A stretch of 64,000 nucleotides of DNA from assembly GCA_051294375.1 (NCBI GenBank), contig CM119269.1, positions 9,063,619 to 9,127,618 of the forward strand, in the 5' to 3' direction. Of this stretch, positions 42,955-53,337 are shown one piece after another; position 1 is the stretch's first letter, and every line of letters starts with the position of its first letter. The DNA is from Paraspadella gotoi (Eukaryota; Animalia; Chaetognatha). The notes beneath the pieces are model-generated. The model ran no database searches. It saw only the letters and a list, made by a program, of their open reading frames with translations, and was not told where the DNA came from. The position numbers and the translations under genes are program-made.

Positions 42955-44354
42955 GGTGGGTCAGTGAAGCAAAACAAAGATTGGCGCCTTTTTTCCGAAA
43001 GCGAACTATTTCTGTTCCTAGTAATCTCTGAACTTTATTTTAACTTAAATATTTAGCTTAAGTAATATAAATAATTAAACTAATCTTGATCAGTAGCCCA
43101 ATTTGTAACCTTAATCAGTTACTATAAATCCCTAACTTTAATTCCTAATCCATAACCTAATCCCTAATCCCTAGCTTAACCCTTATCCCTTATCTTTTAA
43201 TTTAAAACTTACTTATATCTGAAATGTATCACTTTTAGAAAATAAAGCCAAAAAATAATTCTGAACAAATATTTTAAACTTACCGCGTTTTTGCATGAAG
43301 GAGAAAAGTTCGTCGAGAAATTCCTTTCTCTTTGGATTATCATCGATTTCGTAGAGCTGAGCAATAATTAAGGAAAAGGGCAAAAAAAAGGAAAAGGGAG
43401 GGGAAAGGAAAAGGTAAGTAAATTGTTTCTTTATCCGATTGAAAAATAAATGCGATACGGCATCTCGATGCTGATTGAGAAAAGATGCTTAAAGGCGGAG
43501 GGTTTATTTGAAAAAGATAGAGAGAGAGAGAGAGTGACAGAGAGAGAGAGAGAGAGAGAGAGTCCGGTCTTGAAACGAAATCAAGTTAATCAATCGTGAC
43601 ATTTTAATAAACTTTCGCTTCTGCTTAAATCGTTTCCATCCCAATTTTCTAGTCTTTTATTTTTGATATTTTGTTTTGGTTTAGGATTTTTTTCTCTCTT
43701 TGAGGGAAGGTTGTATTGACGCCTGTCCCTCTCTATCTCTCTCTCTCATCTTTGCTCGGGCTCTCTCATCTCTCTCCTTTCTCCCCCTTCCTAGCTCTGG
43801 CTCTCTCTCTCCTCTCTCTCTCTCTCTGATCTCTCTCTCTCGCTCTCTCCTACTCATCTCTCTCTCAGCTCTCACGCTCTCATCTTCTCTCTCTCTCTCT
43901 GTTTAATTTTTTTCTCAGCCATTTTCTAAAATTTTGCACGATTTCAGAATAAATAATTCTTTTTTTCTATAAGCGAGAGGGCGAGAGGGAGAGAAGGGCC
44001 CTAAGGCCTTGAGGCCCCTCTCAATTTCTGTAAAGAAGAACTCATTTTTTTCTTCTTTTTTTTCCTTTCTTTCTTTTTTTTGTGTGTTAACCATGAACAG
44101 GAGACACGACTAGGGCGGAGTGGAAACGTTCAAAGCGTCAATGGGGAAAAAAAGGGGTTTAAAAGAAAAAGAAAAAAATAAAAGAAAAAGAAAAAAAATA
44201 AAAGAAAAGGCGACAGCAGATAAAAGTCATGCGTTGATAAAGGATTCGGGGAAAGGAAAAGTCAAAAGAGACAAAATCAAACAAAGGATTATATATATTT
44301 TGATAAAAATGATCCTTTTTTTGGTAAAGGTTATTTTTGGGGAGAAAGAGAGAG

Positions 44355-44418
<64 letters not shown>

Positions 44419-44611
44419 AGAAAGAGACAGATAATACGAAATACTAATAAAAGAATAAAATGCTGAAAATAGAAACTTTTAAGAGAGCTTACAAAGGAAA
44501 AAACGAAGTGAGAGAGAGAGAGAGAGAGCAATTGATAAAAGCGTTCGGTCTATGATAAATGCTATGATGGGCGGGAAAAAGCGCTAATGTTTTTTTTTTG
44601 TTCTTGTCTCA

Positions 44612-44647
<36 letters not shown>

Positions 44648-45652
44648 TTCGTCACCGTCGTCATCGTCGTCGTCGTCTTTGTTTTCAGTTGTTTTTTTTT
44701 CGTTTCACTACAAAGTCAAGAAAGGCATTCAAACACGCAAAACTAAACACTAGTATTTTTCTAGGGCAACAGTTGAAATAGTTAATCGCTAACAGCATAG
44801 TAATGTAAAGTTGTTTTTTATCTTTCTAAATATAATTGGGATTAACAACAAAGACGAAGCAGTAGTAGTACAGGTTATAGTGATACTAGAAGGGAAAATA
44901 GCCAAGATAGCCACGCAATTAATGTCAAGGAAAATAACAGCACAAATCAGAGTAAAGACGAAACTACACTCATTTTTTTTTAAAAGATCTGATTTTATGA
45001 GACGATATTTTCTTTGAAGAATAGTTAAAAACATTTTATGGATAATAGTTAATATCTTGTTAATTTTCAAACTATTTTTTTTTTCAATCTGATACAACAT
45101 TTTGGCGTTATTGAAACTATTTAGAAGTTTGCAATTAAAACTCATTTTCGGCCGACATTTTGACTTCAATTCTCACAAAACGCAGAATCTTACAATTAAA
45201 AAAAAATGAGTGTAAACTTTTGACAAAAAAAAAAAGAAGATATTTGTGAAACGTGATATTTCATGATGTTTATCTTTGAGCGGCTAACCCGACTAAAATC
45301 TCCGACTACTGACCTGCTTGATTCCTGCTTGGTCTCTGCTGCTTTCTGATTGCTGACCCCCATTCCCCGACCCCCCACGGTCATCCCCACCACCGCCACC
45401 ACCGCCGCCTCCGCCGCCACTACGCCCGCCGCCGCCGCCCACGCGACTCGGCGACCGCGGCGGGTCTCTGCCCGCTCCGGCCCCAGCCCCGGCCGTGCTG
45501 GGCGGCCTCATGCCGGAGTGAGGCGCGAAAAAGCCGCCCAGCCCTAAACTGGCCAGACCCCCGAGAGAAGGGCCCAGCCTTTGAAAATCCCACTGGTGGT
45601 GGTTGAGTGGGGGGGCGTGGGCGGAAGAGGAAGAGGAGGAAGGGTTTCGGAC
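39878..45652 (-). CDS. retn: ARID3-family transcription factor (dead ringer/retained; ARID3A/Bright-like), spliced, 5'-incomplete. Exons 45314-45652, 43284-43356, 42707-42890, 42265-42466, 41707-42125, 40948-41498, 40589-40778, 39878-40248
   Basis: Manual splicing with GT-AG introns gives LYEIDDNPKRKEFLDELFSFMQKRGTPVNRIPIMAKQVLDLYELYRLVVSKGGLVEVINKKLWREITKGLNLPSSITSAAFTLRTQYMKYLYPYECEKMRLSNPIELQSAIDGNRREGRRSSY, the hallmark ARID3/Dri extended ARID, and C-terminal SLVVSMEINGIMYQGVLFAQ (REKLES-beta). Intron phases are compatible everywhere except for a net frameshift in exon 41707-42125. Confidence 0.95.
40589..40778 (-). CDS. retn: retn/ARID3 exon (ASKRQLE...PSTHLKVTSR), start of REKLES-beta region
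   Basis: 190 nt, phase 0 to phase 1. Acceptor cttcAG at 40779-40780 and donor A|GTgagt at 40587-40588. Confidence 0.9.
40948..41498 (-). CDS. retn: retn/ARID3 exon, Ser/Asn/Gln-rich region (DSPSPLNGDRPK...RAIEEATARVMEQ)
   Basis: 551 nt open, phase 1 to phase 0. Acceptor taaAG at 41499-41500 and donor CAG|GTgggg at 40946-40947. Lies within ORF 40882..41625. Confidence 0.88.
41707..42125 (-). CDS. retn: retn/ARID3 exon, His/Pro/Ala-rich low-complexity region (AHQIAAATARLANGHHP...QAAANPLKLLDFWQ...NRH); contains net frameshift
   Basis: Acceptor cttcAG at 42126-42127 and donor A|GTaagt at 41705-41706. Length is 419 nt (3n+2) but the flanking phases need 3n+1, so at least one indel is present, probably a sequencing error in the GC runs. 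Confidence 0.8.
42265..42466 (-). CDS. retn: retn/ARID3 exon, ARID end and ARID3 extension (YMKYLYPYECEKMRLSNPIELQSAIDGNRREGRRSSY...ALNQ)
   Basis: 202 nt, phase 2 to phase 0. Acceptor aaAG at 42467-42468 and donor CAG|GTaagg at 42263-42264. AIDGNRREGRR is characteristic of ARID3. Confidence 0.96.
42707..42890 (-). CDS. retn: retn/ARID3 exon, ARID core (GTPVNRIPIMAKQVLDLYELYRLVVSKGGLVEVINKKLWREITKGLNLPSSITSAAFTLRTQ)
   Basis: 184 nt, phase 1 to phase 2. Acceptor accAG at 42891-42892 and donor CA|GTgagt at 42705-42706. Canonical ARID core motifs. Confidence 0.97.
43284..43356 (-). CDS. retn: retn/ARID3 exon, ARID domain start (LYEIDDNPKRKEFLDELFSFMQKR-G)
   Basis: 73 nt. Acceptor ctcAG at 43357-43358 and donor G|GTaagt at 43282-43283. 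Peptide closely matches the Dri/ARID3 ARID N-terminal helices. Too short for the ORF track. Confidence 0.96.
45314..45652 (-). CDS. retn: retn/ARID3 exon, Gly/Ser-rich region upstream of ARID (VRNPSSSSSSAHAPPLNHHQWDFQRLG...DQAGIKQ)
   Basis: 339 nt open, GC-rich. Acceptor ccccAG at 45653-45654 and donor CAG|GTcagt at 45312-45313. Phase 0 end joins the phase 0 LYEID exon, giving KQ|LYE as in Dri/ARID3 proteins. Confidence 0.7.
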
Positions 45653-46113
45653 CTGGGGTGTGGTAGGGCGTGGCAGGGCGTAGCAGGACGTAGCAGGGCG
45701 TGGCAGGGAAAGAAGGGCAGGGAAATTGAAGGGAAATAGTTTTATGAAATGATTTTTCTCTTTGTTTTTATTGTATTTTTATTTAAATGCATTATATTGT
45801 TTTTTTCTTTTTCTCTTTAATTAAATTATACGACGACGACAACAACAACAACGACGACGACGATCCTGGCTACCACGACGCGGATAACAACAACGACAAT
45901 CTCAATATCTTTAACGACGACGACGACGTCGACGACGACAACGACGAAGATCTTCTCAGACGGTCCTTCTCAATAAAAACCCTTTTAGCCCGAAATTTGT
46001 CGGGCGAGAGAGATAATCCCCGTCGGCCAACGAATCTGTCGGGCAACGAACGTCCGTCTTCAGCTCTGAGTTACAATGAAACAAAAATCCAGGGTTTATG
46101 TTCTCCAAATTAG

Positions 46114-46148
<35 letters not shown>

Positions 46149-47011
46149 TGAATTGCTCGCGACAGCAAAAAGATTGGATCGAATTGAAAAGACGAAAGCG
46201 AAAGATTCTCAGATTTTATTACTCGGATTATCTTCAATCGTGAAAACGTCTAGAGGTCGACGACGACGACGACGACGATCAATACAGCCTCATTTATCGA
46301 CAGGGTCAATTTACAATTTCAGATTCGCCTCATGGATTTAGCCTCATGAGTTTGACCTCATGTGATGTAATCAAAAGCTTTGAGTAAACTTTGGTAAACC
46401 TCATGTGTGTTTTAAAACGTTATATTTTGCTTTTTACGAGTTTAAAAATATTTAAAAAATAAAACTTTTGTAAACTTATTCATAGGTAGAGAGCTAGAGA
46501 TTAAAAACCTAAGACTAAGTTCACTTCGCATATTATCCGAGTCGAAAGATCATAAACAAAACGGAGTCGCGTAAACAAAAACTTTCTCGAAGAAAATGAG
46601 CTTACCGTAAAAAAAATTATTTAAACGCTTTAGATTAATGTAAGCGACTATTTTATTTGTTTGTTTTTGTTTAGATTTTGTCATTCATGCATGAAGTAAT
46701 ACGAAGTTTATTATTAAAACATTATTGATCTAAAATATTAAAAATGTTGCCGAAAAAATTAACCTCAAGAAATACACGACAGAATTAGGGTACTGGAAAT
46801 AATTTTGCGTCGATGGTTGAGGAACAAACTATTAGCTCTCTCCCCCCCTTCTCTCCACTCTCTTTCTCTAAATCCGAGAACATTAATCGGGCGGCTAGAC
46901 AGAGATTTAAGAAAGGGATTGAGAGAGAGAGACGAGAGAGGAGGAGGCAGAGAGAGAGAGATGAGGGAAAGAGAGAGAGAGAGAGAGAGATGAGAAGATG
47001 AGAGACGAGAG

Positions 47012-47059
<48 letters not shown>

Positions 47060-47213
47060 ATGCTAATATATGTTGGTTTCTGAGGACCGCTATATGTTCA
47101 AGTGGGAACCTGCATGCGTATGGTTTTAGATTGGGTAATATTAATGATAGCGGAATGCCGAACGAGAGAGAGTAGAGAGAGAGAGAGAAGAGGAGAGAGA
47201 GAGAGACGAGCAG

Positions 47214-47258
<45 letters not shown>

Positions 47259-47565
47259 GAGGAGAAAGAAGAGCAGCAGCAGCATCTTATTGAAGAGGGA
47301 AATCCCATGGATTGAGATTTTCTTGCGATAAAGGGAGATGCATCGAAAAATCGATGTCTATGGTGGATGTGGGATATTAATGGGAGAAGATGGGAAGTTA
47401 AAGGAATAAGAGGATGGGAAGTTATTAGAAAAGGAAGATGGGAAATTATTATGAAAGTAACAATGATAAGAAAAGAAGAAAAGATTTAAAAAATCATTAA
47501 TTTATTTTTAAGCTCACAGCGCCATATCCTTTGGATTTCCTTTTAATGCTTCTTTCCATTTTAAA

Positions 47566-47691
<126 letters not shown>

Positions 47692-47699
47692 TCCTCTCA

Positions 47700-47900
47700 G
47701 AGCGCAGATAAAAATCGCGCGTTTTACGACCTCCATTTCCCTCTTGCTCCCTGATTGGTCAACCTTTCCTAAACAAGGTCTCTCATTGGTCTATTGCCAC
47801 GACGTCGCGATACCACGCCCACGAATGGAAGCATTTCCGGTTTTTATTTGCGCCATTGACGCGCATTAGCGGAAGATGCGATTTGCTGGCGATTTGGCCT
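47700..47900. promoter_or_regulatory. CpG-rich cluster with CCAAT (ATTGG) boxes and an Sp/KLF-type site; candidate promoter or enhancer
   Basis: ctgATTGGtc, ctcATTGGtc, CCACGCCCAC and several CGCG in a unique island flanked by a long (CT)n tract. Confidence 0.35.
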
Positions 47901-48323
47901 CTGATCCCCGCGTCCCTCCTCTCGAGGAGGAGAACCTTAACCCTCCGCGTGGCCGGAGAAATGAGGGGGGCGGGGGGAGGAGGAAGAGAGGAGATGAGGA
48001 GAGGGAGGTTATATTTAAAGTAGAATAGAATTTTGTAAAGAAAACAAAATGGGGACTTAAGAGAATGGAGTAGTGATTCTAATCGTTTAAAGGTAAGAAT
48101 TAAGCAAGGTGAAACTTGTTGTTGTTGTTGTTGTTTTCGTCGTCATCGTCGTCGTCCTCAAACGCGGGTGAGGGTTCGCGGCGAACGTCGAGGCAATGGT
48201 GACGTATGGTGGCCTATTTCGGAGGGTAAGTCGCCGACTCTGTCTCTGTCCCGCTTTTTCCATCTTCCTTAGTCATCAGCCGTTTTCTCTCTCTCTTTCT
48301 CCCTCTCCCTCTCTCTCTCTCTA

Positions 48324-48354
<31 letters not shown>

Positions 48355-48359
48355 GTTCC

Positions 48360-49250
48360 TCAGGCGAAAGATAAATAATTCAGAAAAGAAACAAAAGAAA
48401 AGTCGACGATTCTCACTGGAATCTCGATTCCACCTTTAGCCACACCCACATAGACCACCTTACCCACTTGGACCCCCTTACCCATTTAGATAATCCCACC
48501 CCAGCCACGCCTACTAAAGACACCACCTAGACCACTTTATCCCCTTATATCTCCTGAGCCACAGAAACCCTCATCAGGAGCAATATGGTTCATCTTACTT
48601 ACCCCTGTTTCAACCACCTGACAATACTGTGGTCGAGCACACTCTACCAAACGACTCTATTCTCTTCCACAACATCAAATAGCCTCCTCTCCCCATCAAC
48701 GTTCTCCCTCACCCCATCACTCGCCTCCATCATCGTTTCTCGGAAAATCTCGACGACGCGACCTGCGAACTCTGTTTCTCTCTCTCTCTCTGTCTCAAAA
48801 ATAACTTCAGAAAAGCAACACAAAGAAAAGTCGAGCGATTCTCACTAGAATCTCGATTCCACCTTGTAGCCAAAACCCACATTTAGAACCACCTTCTTAC
48901 CCACCATTCTGGACCCCCTTACCCCATTTTAGATCATCCCAGCCCCAAGCCCGACTAACTAAAGACACCACCCTAGCACTTTATCCCCTTATATCTCCTG
49001 AGCCACCAGAAACCCTCATCAGGAGCAAACATGTTTCATCTTACTTACCCCTGTTTCAAACCAACCTGACCAATTACTCGTGTCGCGACACTTCTACCAA
49101 AGACTCTATTCTCTTCCACAACATCAAATAGCTCCTCTCCCCATCATCCACGCTTCTCCCTCCACCCAATCACTCGCCGCCTCCATCAATCGTGTTCTCG
49201 GAAATCTCACGACAGCGACCTGCGAACTCTGTTCTCTGCTCTCTCTCTCG
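48360..49250 (+). repeat. Tandem duplication of ~450 bp (48360-48790 and 48790-49250); second copy insertion-rich
   Basis: ttcagaaaag..aaaagtcga..cgattctcact, ttatccccttatatctcctgagcc and gcgacctgcgaactctgtt each occur twice. Confidence 0.88.
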
Positions 49251-49261
49251 TCTCTCTCTTG

Positions 49262-49292
<31 letters not shown>

Positions 49293-49310
49293 CTCTCTCT
49301 CTACTCTCAT

Positions 49311-49345
<35 letters not shown>

Positions 49346-49434
49346 CCGACGCGCCCTTTGAACTCGAGGATCCAACGGTTAGTCTCCTTCATCGGCTTCA
49401 TAACTGCTGGCGGAGGTTGGAGGGAGTCTTCCAT
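49049..49434 (-). CDS. Candidate first coding exon of retn (ATG MEDS... to ...VVETG), corrupted by indels and partly duplicated at 48603-48790
   Basis: ATG at 49432-49434 and a strong donor GGG|GTAAGT at 49047-49048 (copy at 48601-48602). Reading GAA ACA GGG gives a phase 0 end compatible with the 45652 exon. The acidic, low-complexity content fits ARID3 N-termini, but no clean open frame exists. Confidence 0.3.
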
Positions 49435-49458
49435 GGAGAGAGGAGAGAGAGAGAGACC

Positions 49459-49490
<32 letters not shown>

Positions 49491-49685
49491 CGAGAGAGAG
49501 GAGAGGAGACGAGAGAGAAAGGAAAGAGGAGACGGGGAGAGAGAGACGAGAGAGAGAGAGGAGTGGGCAAGTGGAAAGGACCAAAAACTCAAAGTTCATC
49601 GACCGANNNNNNNNNNNNNNNNNNNNNNNNNGATGACTGAAATAGTCGAAGAGGCGAAACACGTCGAGCGATGGGCGTCGAAGAA

Positions 49686-49720
<35 letters not shown>

Positions 49721-50779
49721 AGATGAAAAAGACGACTACGATGAAGACGATGAAGAAATGATAGATTAATTCACGTGAAAATTCAACAAATTATAAACCG
49801 GATTCTCCAAAATTAAAGCTTAGAAACTCCCTGAAAAATTACCAAAGTTATTAAAAGCCGAATAAAACAATACGTAACAAACAAATCGACATAATTTTAA
49901 ATGAAACAGAAACATGAACGAAGCGTTCTCAAAACCCGGAAGCTCTTTAGCTCACGTAAATGACCACGATGACGACAACATTTAAGTCAATAAAAAAAGA
50001 ACACGACGACGACGACGACGACGACGATTACATCGAGAACTACATTAGAGTCATACGCCGACGACGACGACGACGACGACGACGACCCTCATCGATTCGC
50101 CCCTCGGGGTCGCGGGTCACGGATGGAATGATTAGCGCTGGGGTTGAGAGAGAGGAGGGGGGAAGGGGGGAAGGGGGGAAGGGGGTGGAGTGAAAGGGGA
50201 TGGTGGTCGGAGGGGGGAGAGGGGGGGAGTTAGAGATTGAGGAGCCGACGTCTGAACGGAAGGACTTCACGTCGGGAGGTCCTCGTTGTTGTTGTTGTCG
50301 TTGTTTGTTGCGTCACGTCGCGAGGTCGACGGCGGATCACGTGATCAAAAGGAATCACATCAGTTAGTGACTTTTGTTTCGTTTGAAATGTGATTTTTGT
50401 AAACCTTGACCGTTTGAGCTGAGAGGTGAATTGATCATTGAGTCGAGATTTTTAAATTCGAAATGAATCACGGGGTAAATTTTCAACTTTTATTATTATT
50501 ATTATTTCTATCACTATTATTATGCTTATTATCACTATCATTATCAGTATCACGAGACAGCCGCATCTCTCCAGATTTCCTCCTCCGAGAGAAAATCGCA
50601 TCCCCGACGAATCAGAGCGAAAAATCGACGACGAATTCGTCGCAAAAAAGAGAAGAGAATTTCGTCGCTTATACGTAAATAAATGTAACAGGAAATTGTG
50701 TCTTTTTCTTTTGGAAAGACGACGACGATTACGACGACGACGACAACGGGTCGAGCTTCAGAGCGGAACTGGCGAATGA

Positions 50780-50842
<63 letters not shown>

Positions 50843-52049
50843 CAGAGAGAGAGACAGACAGACAGACAGACAGTCATTTTTTTTCCAAAGAGAAGAGAAA
50901 AGTTCGCTTCTGTCACGAAATCCTTTGTGCCCCGAAAGTAAGGCTATGTACACACCTTTGCTCACCTCCTCCCTCACGTAAAATTCATCCCTTACCTTCG
51001 CCCCTTCCACCCTCACGTTAGAGATGCCTTAAAATAAACAGACCCCCCTTCCACAATCCTACTCTTGCCGTCGACACCCGCCGAGTCTTTCACGAAAATT
51101 CAAACAGCAAAACTCCCGCGTTACGTGGCCCACTCCCTCTCTGTCAGGCCGAGTCCACCTCTCCAAATCTGCCGCTCTCCTCCTTCCACCCCCCATCTTT
51201 TCTGCTCTTCAACCCCCCCGTCCTCAAACCCTCGCCCTCTCATCAAAAATATTAACTCCCATTTCCGCGCCACCAACGAAAGTCGAAAGAAGCTTGGAAG
51301 TGGGGCAGTGGTTGACAGTCTCTCTCTCTCTCTCTCTCTCCGTCTCTCTTTCTCTCTTCTTCTCTCTCTCTCTCCTCTCTCTCCTCTCTCCTCGTCTCTC
51401 TTCCCGCCCTCCGTCGTAAATAAAAGCATAAAAGGCGAATCGAAGGGAAAAAAGGAGGAAACGAATTTCCTTTTATCGACGTCAAAGTCGACGCGACGGA
51501 GGAAAAAGGAAAGGGAGGAAAGAAAAAAGGAAAGGGAGGTAGAAAAAGAAAGAGAGGAAGGTAACAAGGAAATAGAGGAAGGATGGAAATAAGTGTAAAA
51601 ATTTAAAAAGAAAGTTATGGAATTAAAAAGGATGGAAAGAAAGAAAAAAAGGAAAGAGACGAGTAAACAATGATGAAAAGAAAAGAAACAATTTAACAGA
51701 AAGGGATTTTAGAAATAAAAGATATAATAAATAGAAGAAAGACAAGAAAAAATGAATATAAAAAAGAGAAGAGTCAAAGAAAAGCTTCTCCAAGAAAACA
51801 ATTAAAGGACAATAGATAAGAATAAAAAAGAAAGCGAAAAAAAGAAAACAATAAAAAATAGAGAAGGAAATCATTTCGCAGGAGATTCGCTTTTTTATTT
51901 CTTTTCTTCCTCCTTTTTTTATTTTCCGCGTTTTTTTCTTTTTATTTTTTCTTTCTTTTCTTTTCTTTTATCTCTTTCCTCACATATTTCTTTCCTTTCT
52001 TAACCCGAGATTTCTTACGGTCTCTTTTTCTTTTTCTTTCAAAAAAATC

Positions 52050-52106
<57 letters not shown>

Positions 52107-52441
52107 GAAAGAGAGAGGGAAAGGGAGTAGGTGAATCGAGATAGAGTAAGGAAAAGGACTCAAGGTGAAAGATAAAGGAAAGGGTTTAAGAAAGGATGAA
52201 GGTTTCAATTGATGCGACGGGGGGAGGAGGATCGGGGACGAGAAGAGTTCAAAAGCGAACAATCAGAGGTCGACGATCGCCGTAAAAAAAGAAGGACGAG
52301 CGACGAAGAGAATGGCGAACGGCGAACGACGAACGGTGAAGAGATTGCGTACGAGATTGCGTAATATTGTCTCATTCTCTTTTTGCTTCACTTTTGCTTT
52401 TATCATCAAAAGTTTTTTTTAGTAGGAGAGTGACTATTTGG

Positions 52442-52443
<2 letters not shown>

Positions 52444-52499
<56 letters not shown>

Positions 52500-52660
52500 T
52501 GTTATTATTATTATTAATTTATTATTATTAATATATTATTATTATTGTTTTATTATTTATTATTTATTATATTATTATTATATATTATTATTTTATATAT
52601 ATATTATTATAAGTTGTTGTTGCTTGTTCTTGTTTTTTGTTGTTGGTTGTTGTTGTTTGT
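52444..52660 (+). repeat. (TTA)n microsatellite decaying into (TTG)n
   Basis: Read directly from the sequence. Confidence 0.9.
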
Positions 52661-53017
52661 TGTTTGTTGTTGAGTTTAAGTTGTCGTCATTCGACAAATG
52701 TATCGTTTTCCCTATTTAGTATTTTATAGTAAATATTCAAAAGAAAGCGAAAATTTTTTTCTTCTCTCCTTCACTCTCAATATCTTCTCTCTCTCTCTCT
52801 CTCATCTTCTCTCTCTCTCTCTTCTCTCATCTCTTCTCTCTCTCTCTCTCTCTCCTCTTCTCTCAGAACTCCTTTAGTCTCACCCCGCTCTGCCTCTTTC
52901 CTGAGACAATTCCCTGAAAATAAAATTCCGAGTTGAGTTTTTATTTTGTTTCTTTTGTTTTTCTATATCTCAAAAAAGAAAGAAAAAAAATTAAGAAGAT
53001 AGTAGATAGAGGGAGAG

Positions 53018-53099
<82 letters not shown>

Positions 53100-53288
53100 C
53101 GACAGAAGAGAGAGTGACCTTTTTGTTTTAATCTTCTCATTTCCATTTTTCCTCCGCTTCGAGAGAATTTTGTCGTTTCGATAAAACGGAAGAGAAAGTT
53201 ATATATTTTTGCTCTTTCGGATTTTTGGGGATTAAGAAGGAGAGAGAGAGAGAGAGAGAAGAGAAAGAGAGAGAGAGAGAGAGGAGAG

Positions 53289-53337
<49 letters not shown>

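Noticed and set aside
43140-43195. Interstitial telomeric repeat (CCTAA/CCCTAA-like)
   Set aside because: Too short and degenerate to be distinguished from ordinary intronic low complexity.
39878-45652. Calling retn a pseudogene because of the frameshift
   Set aside because: The ARID and REKLES exons and all splice sites are intact, and the assembly shows abundant indel error.
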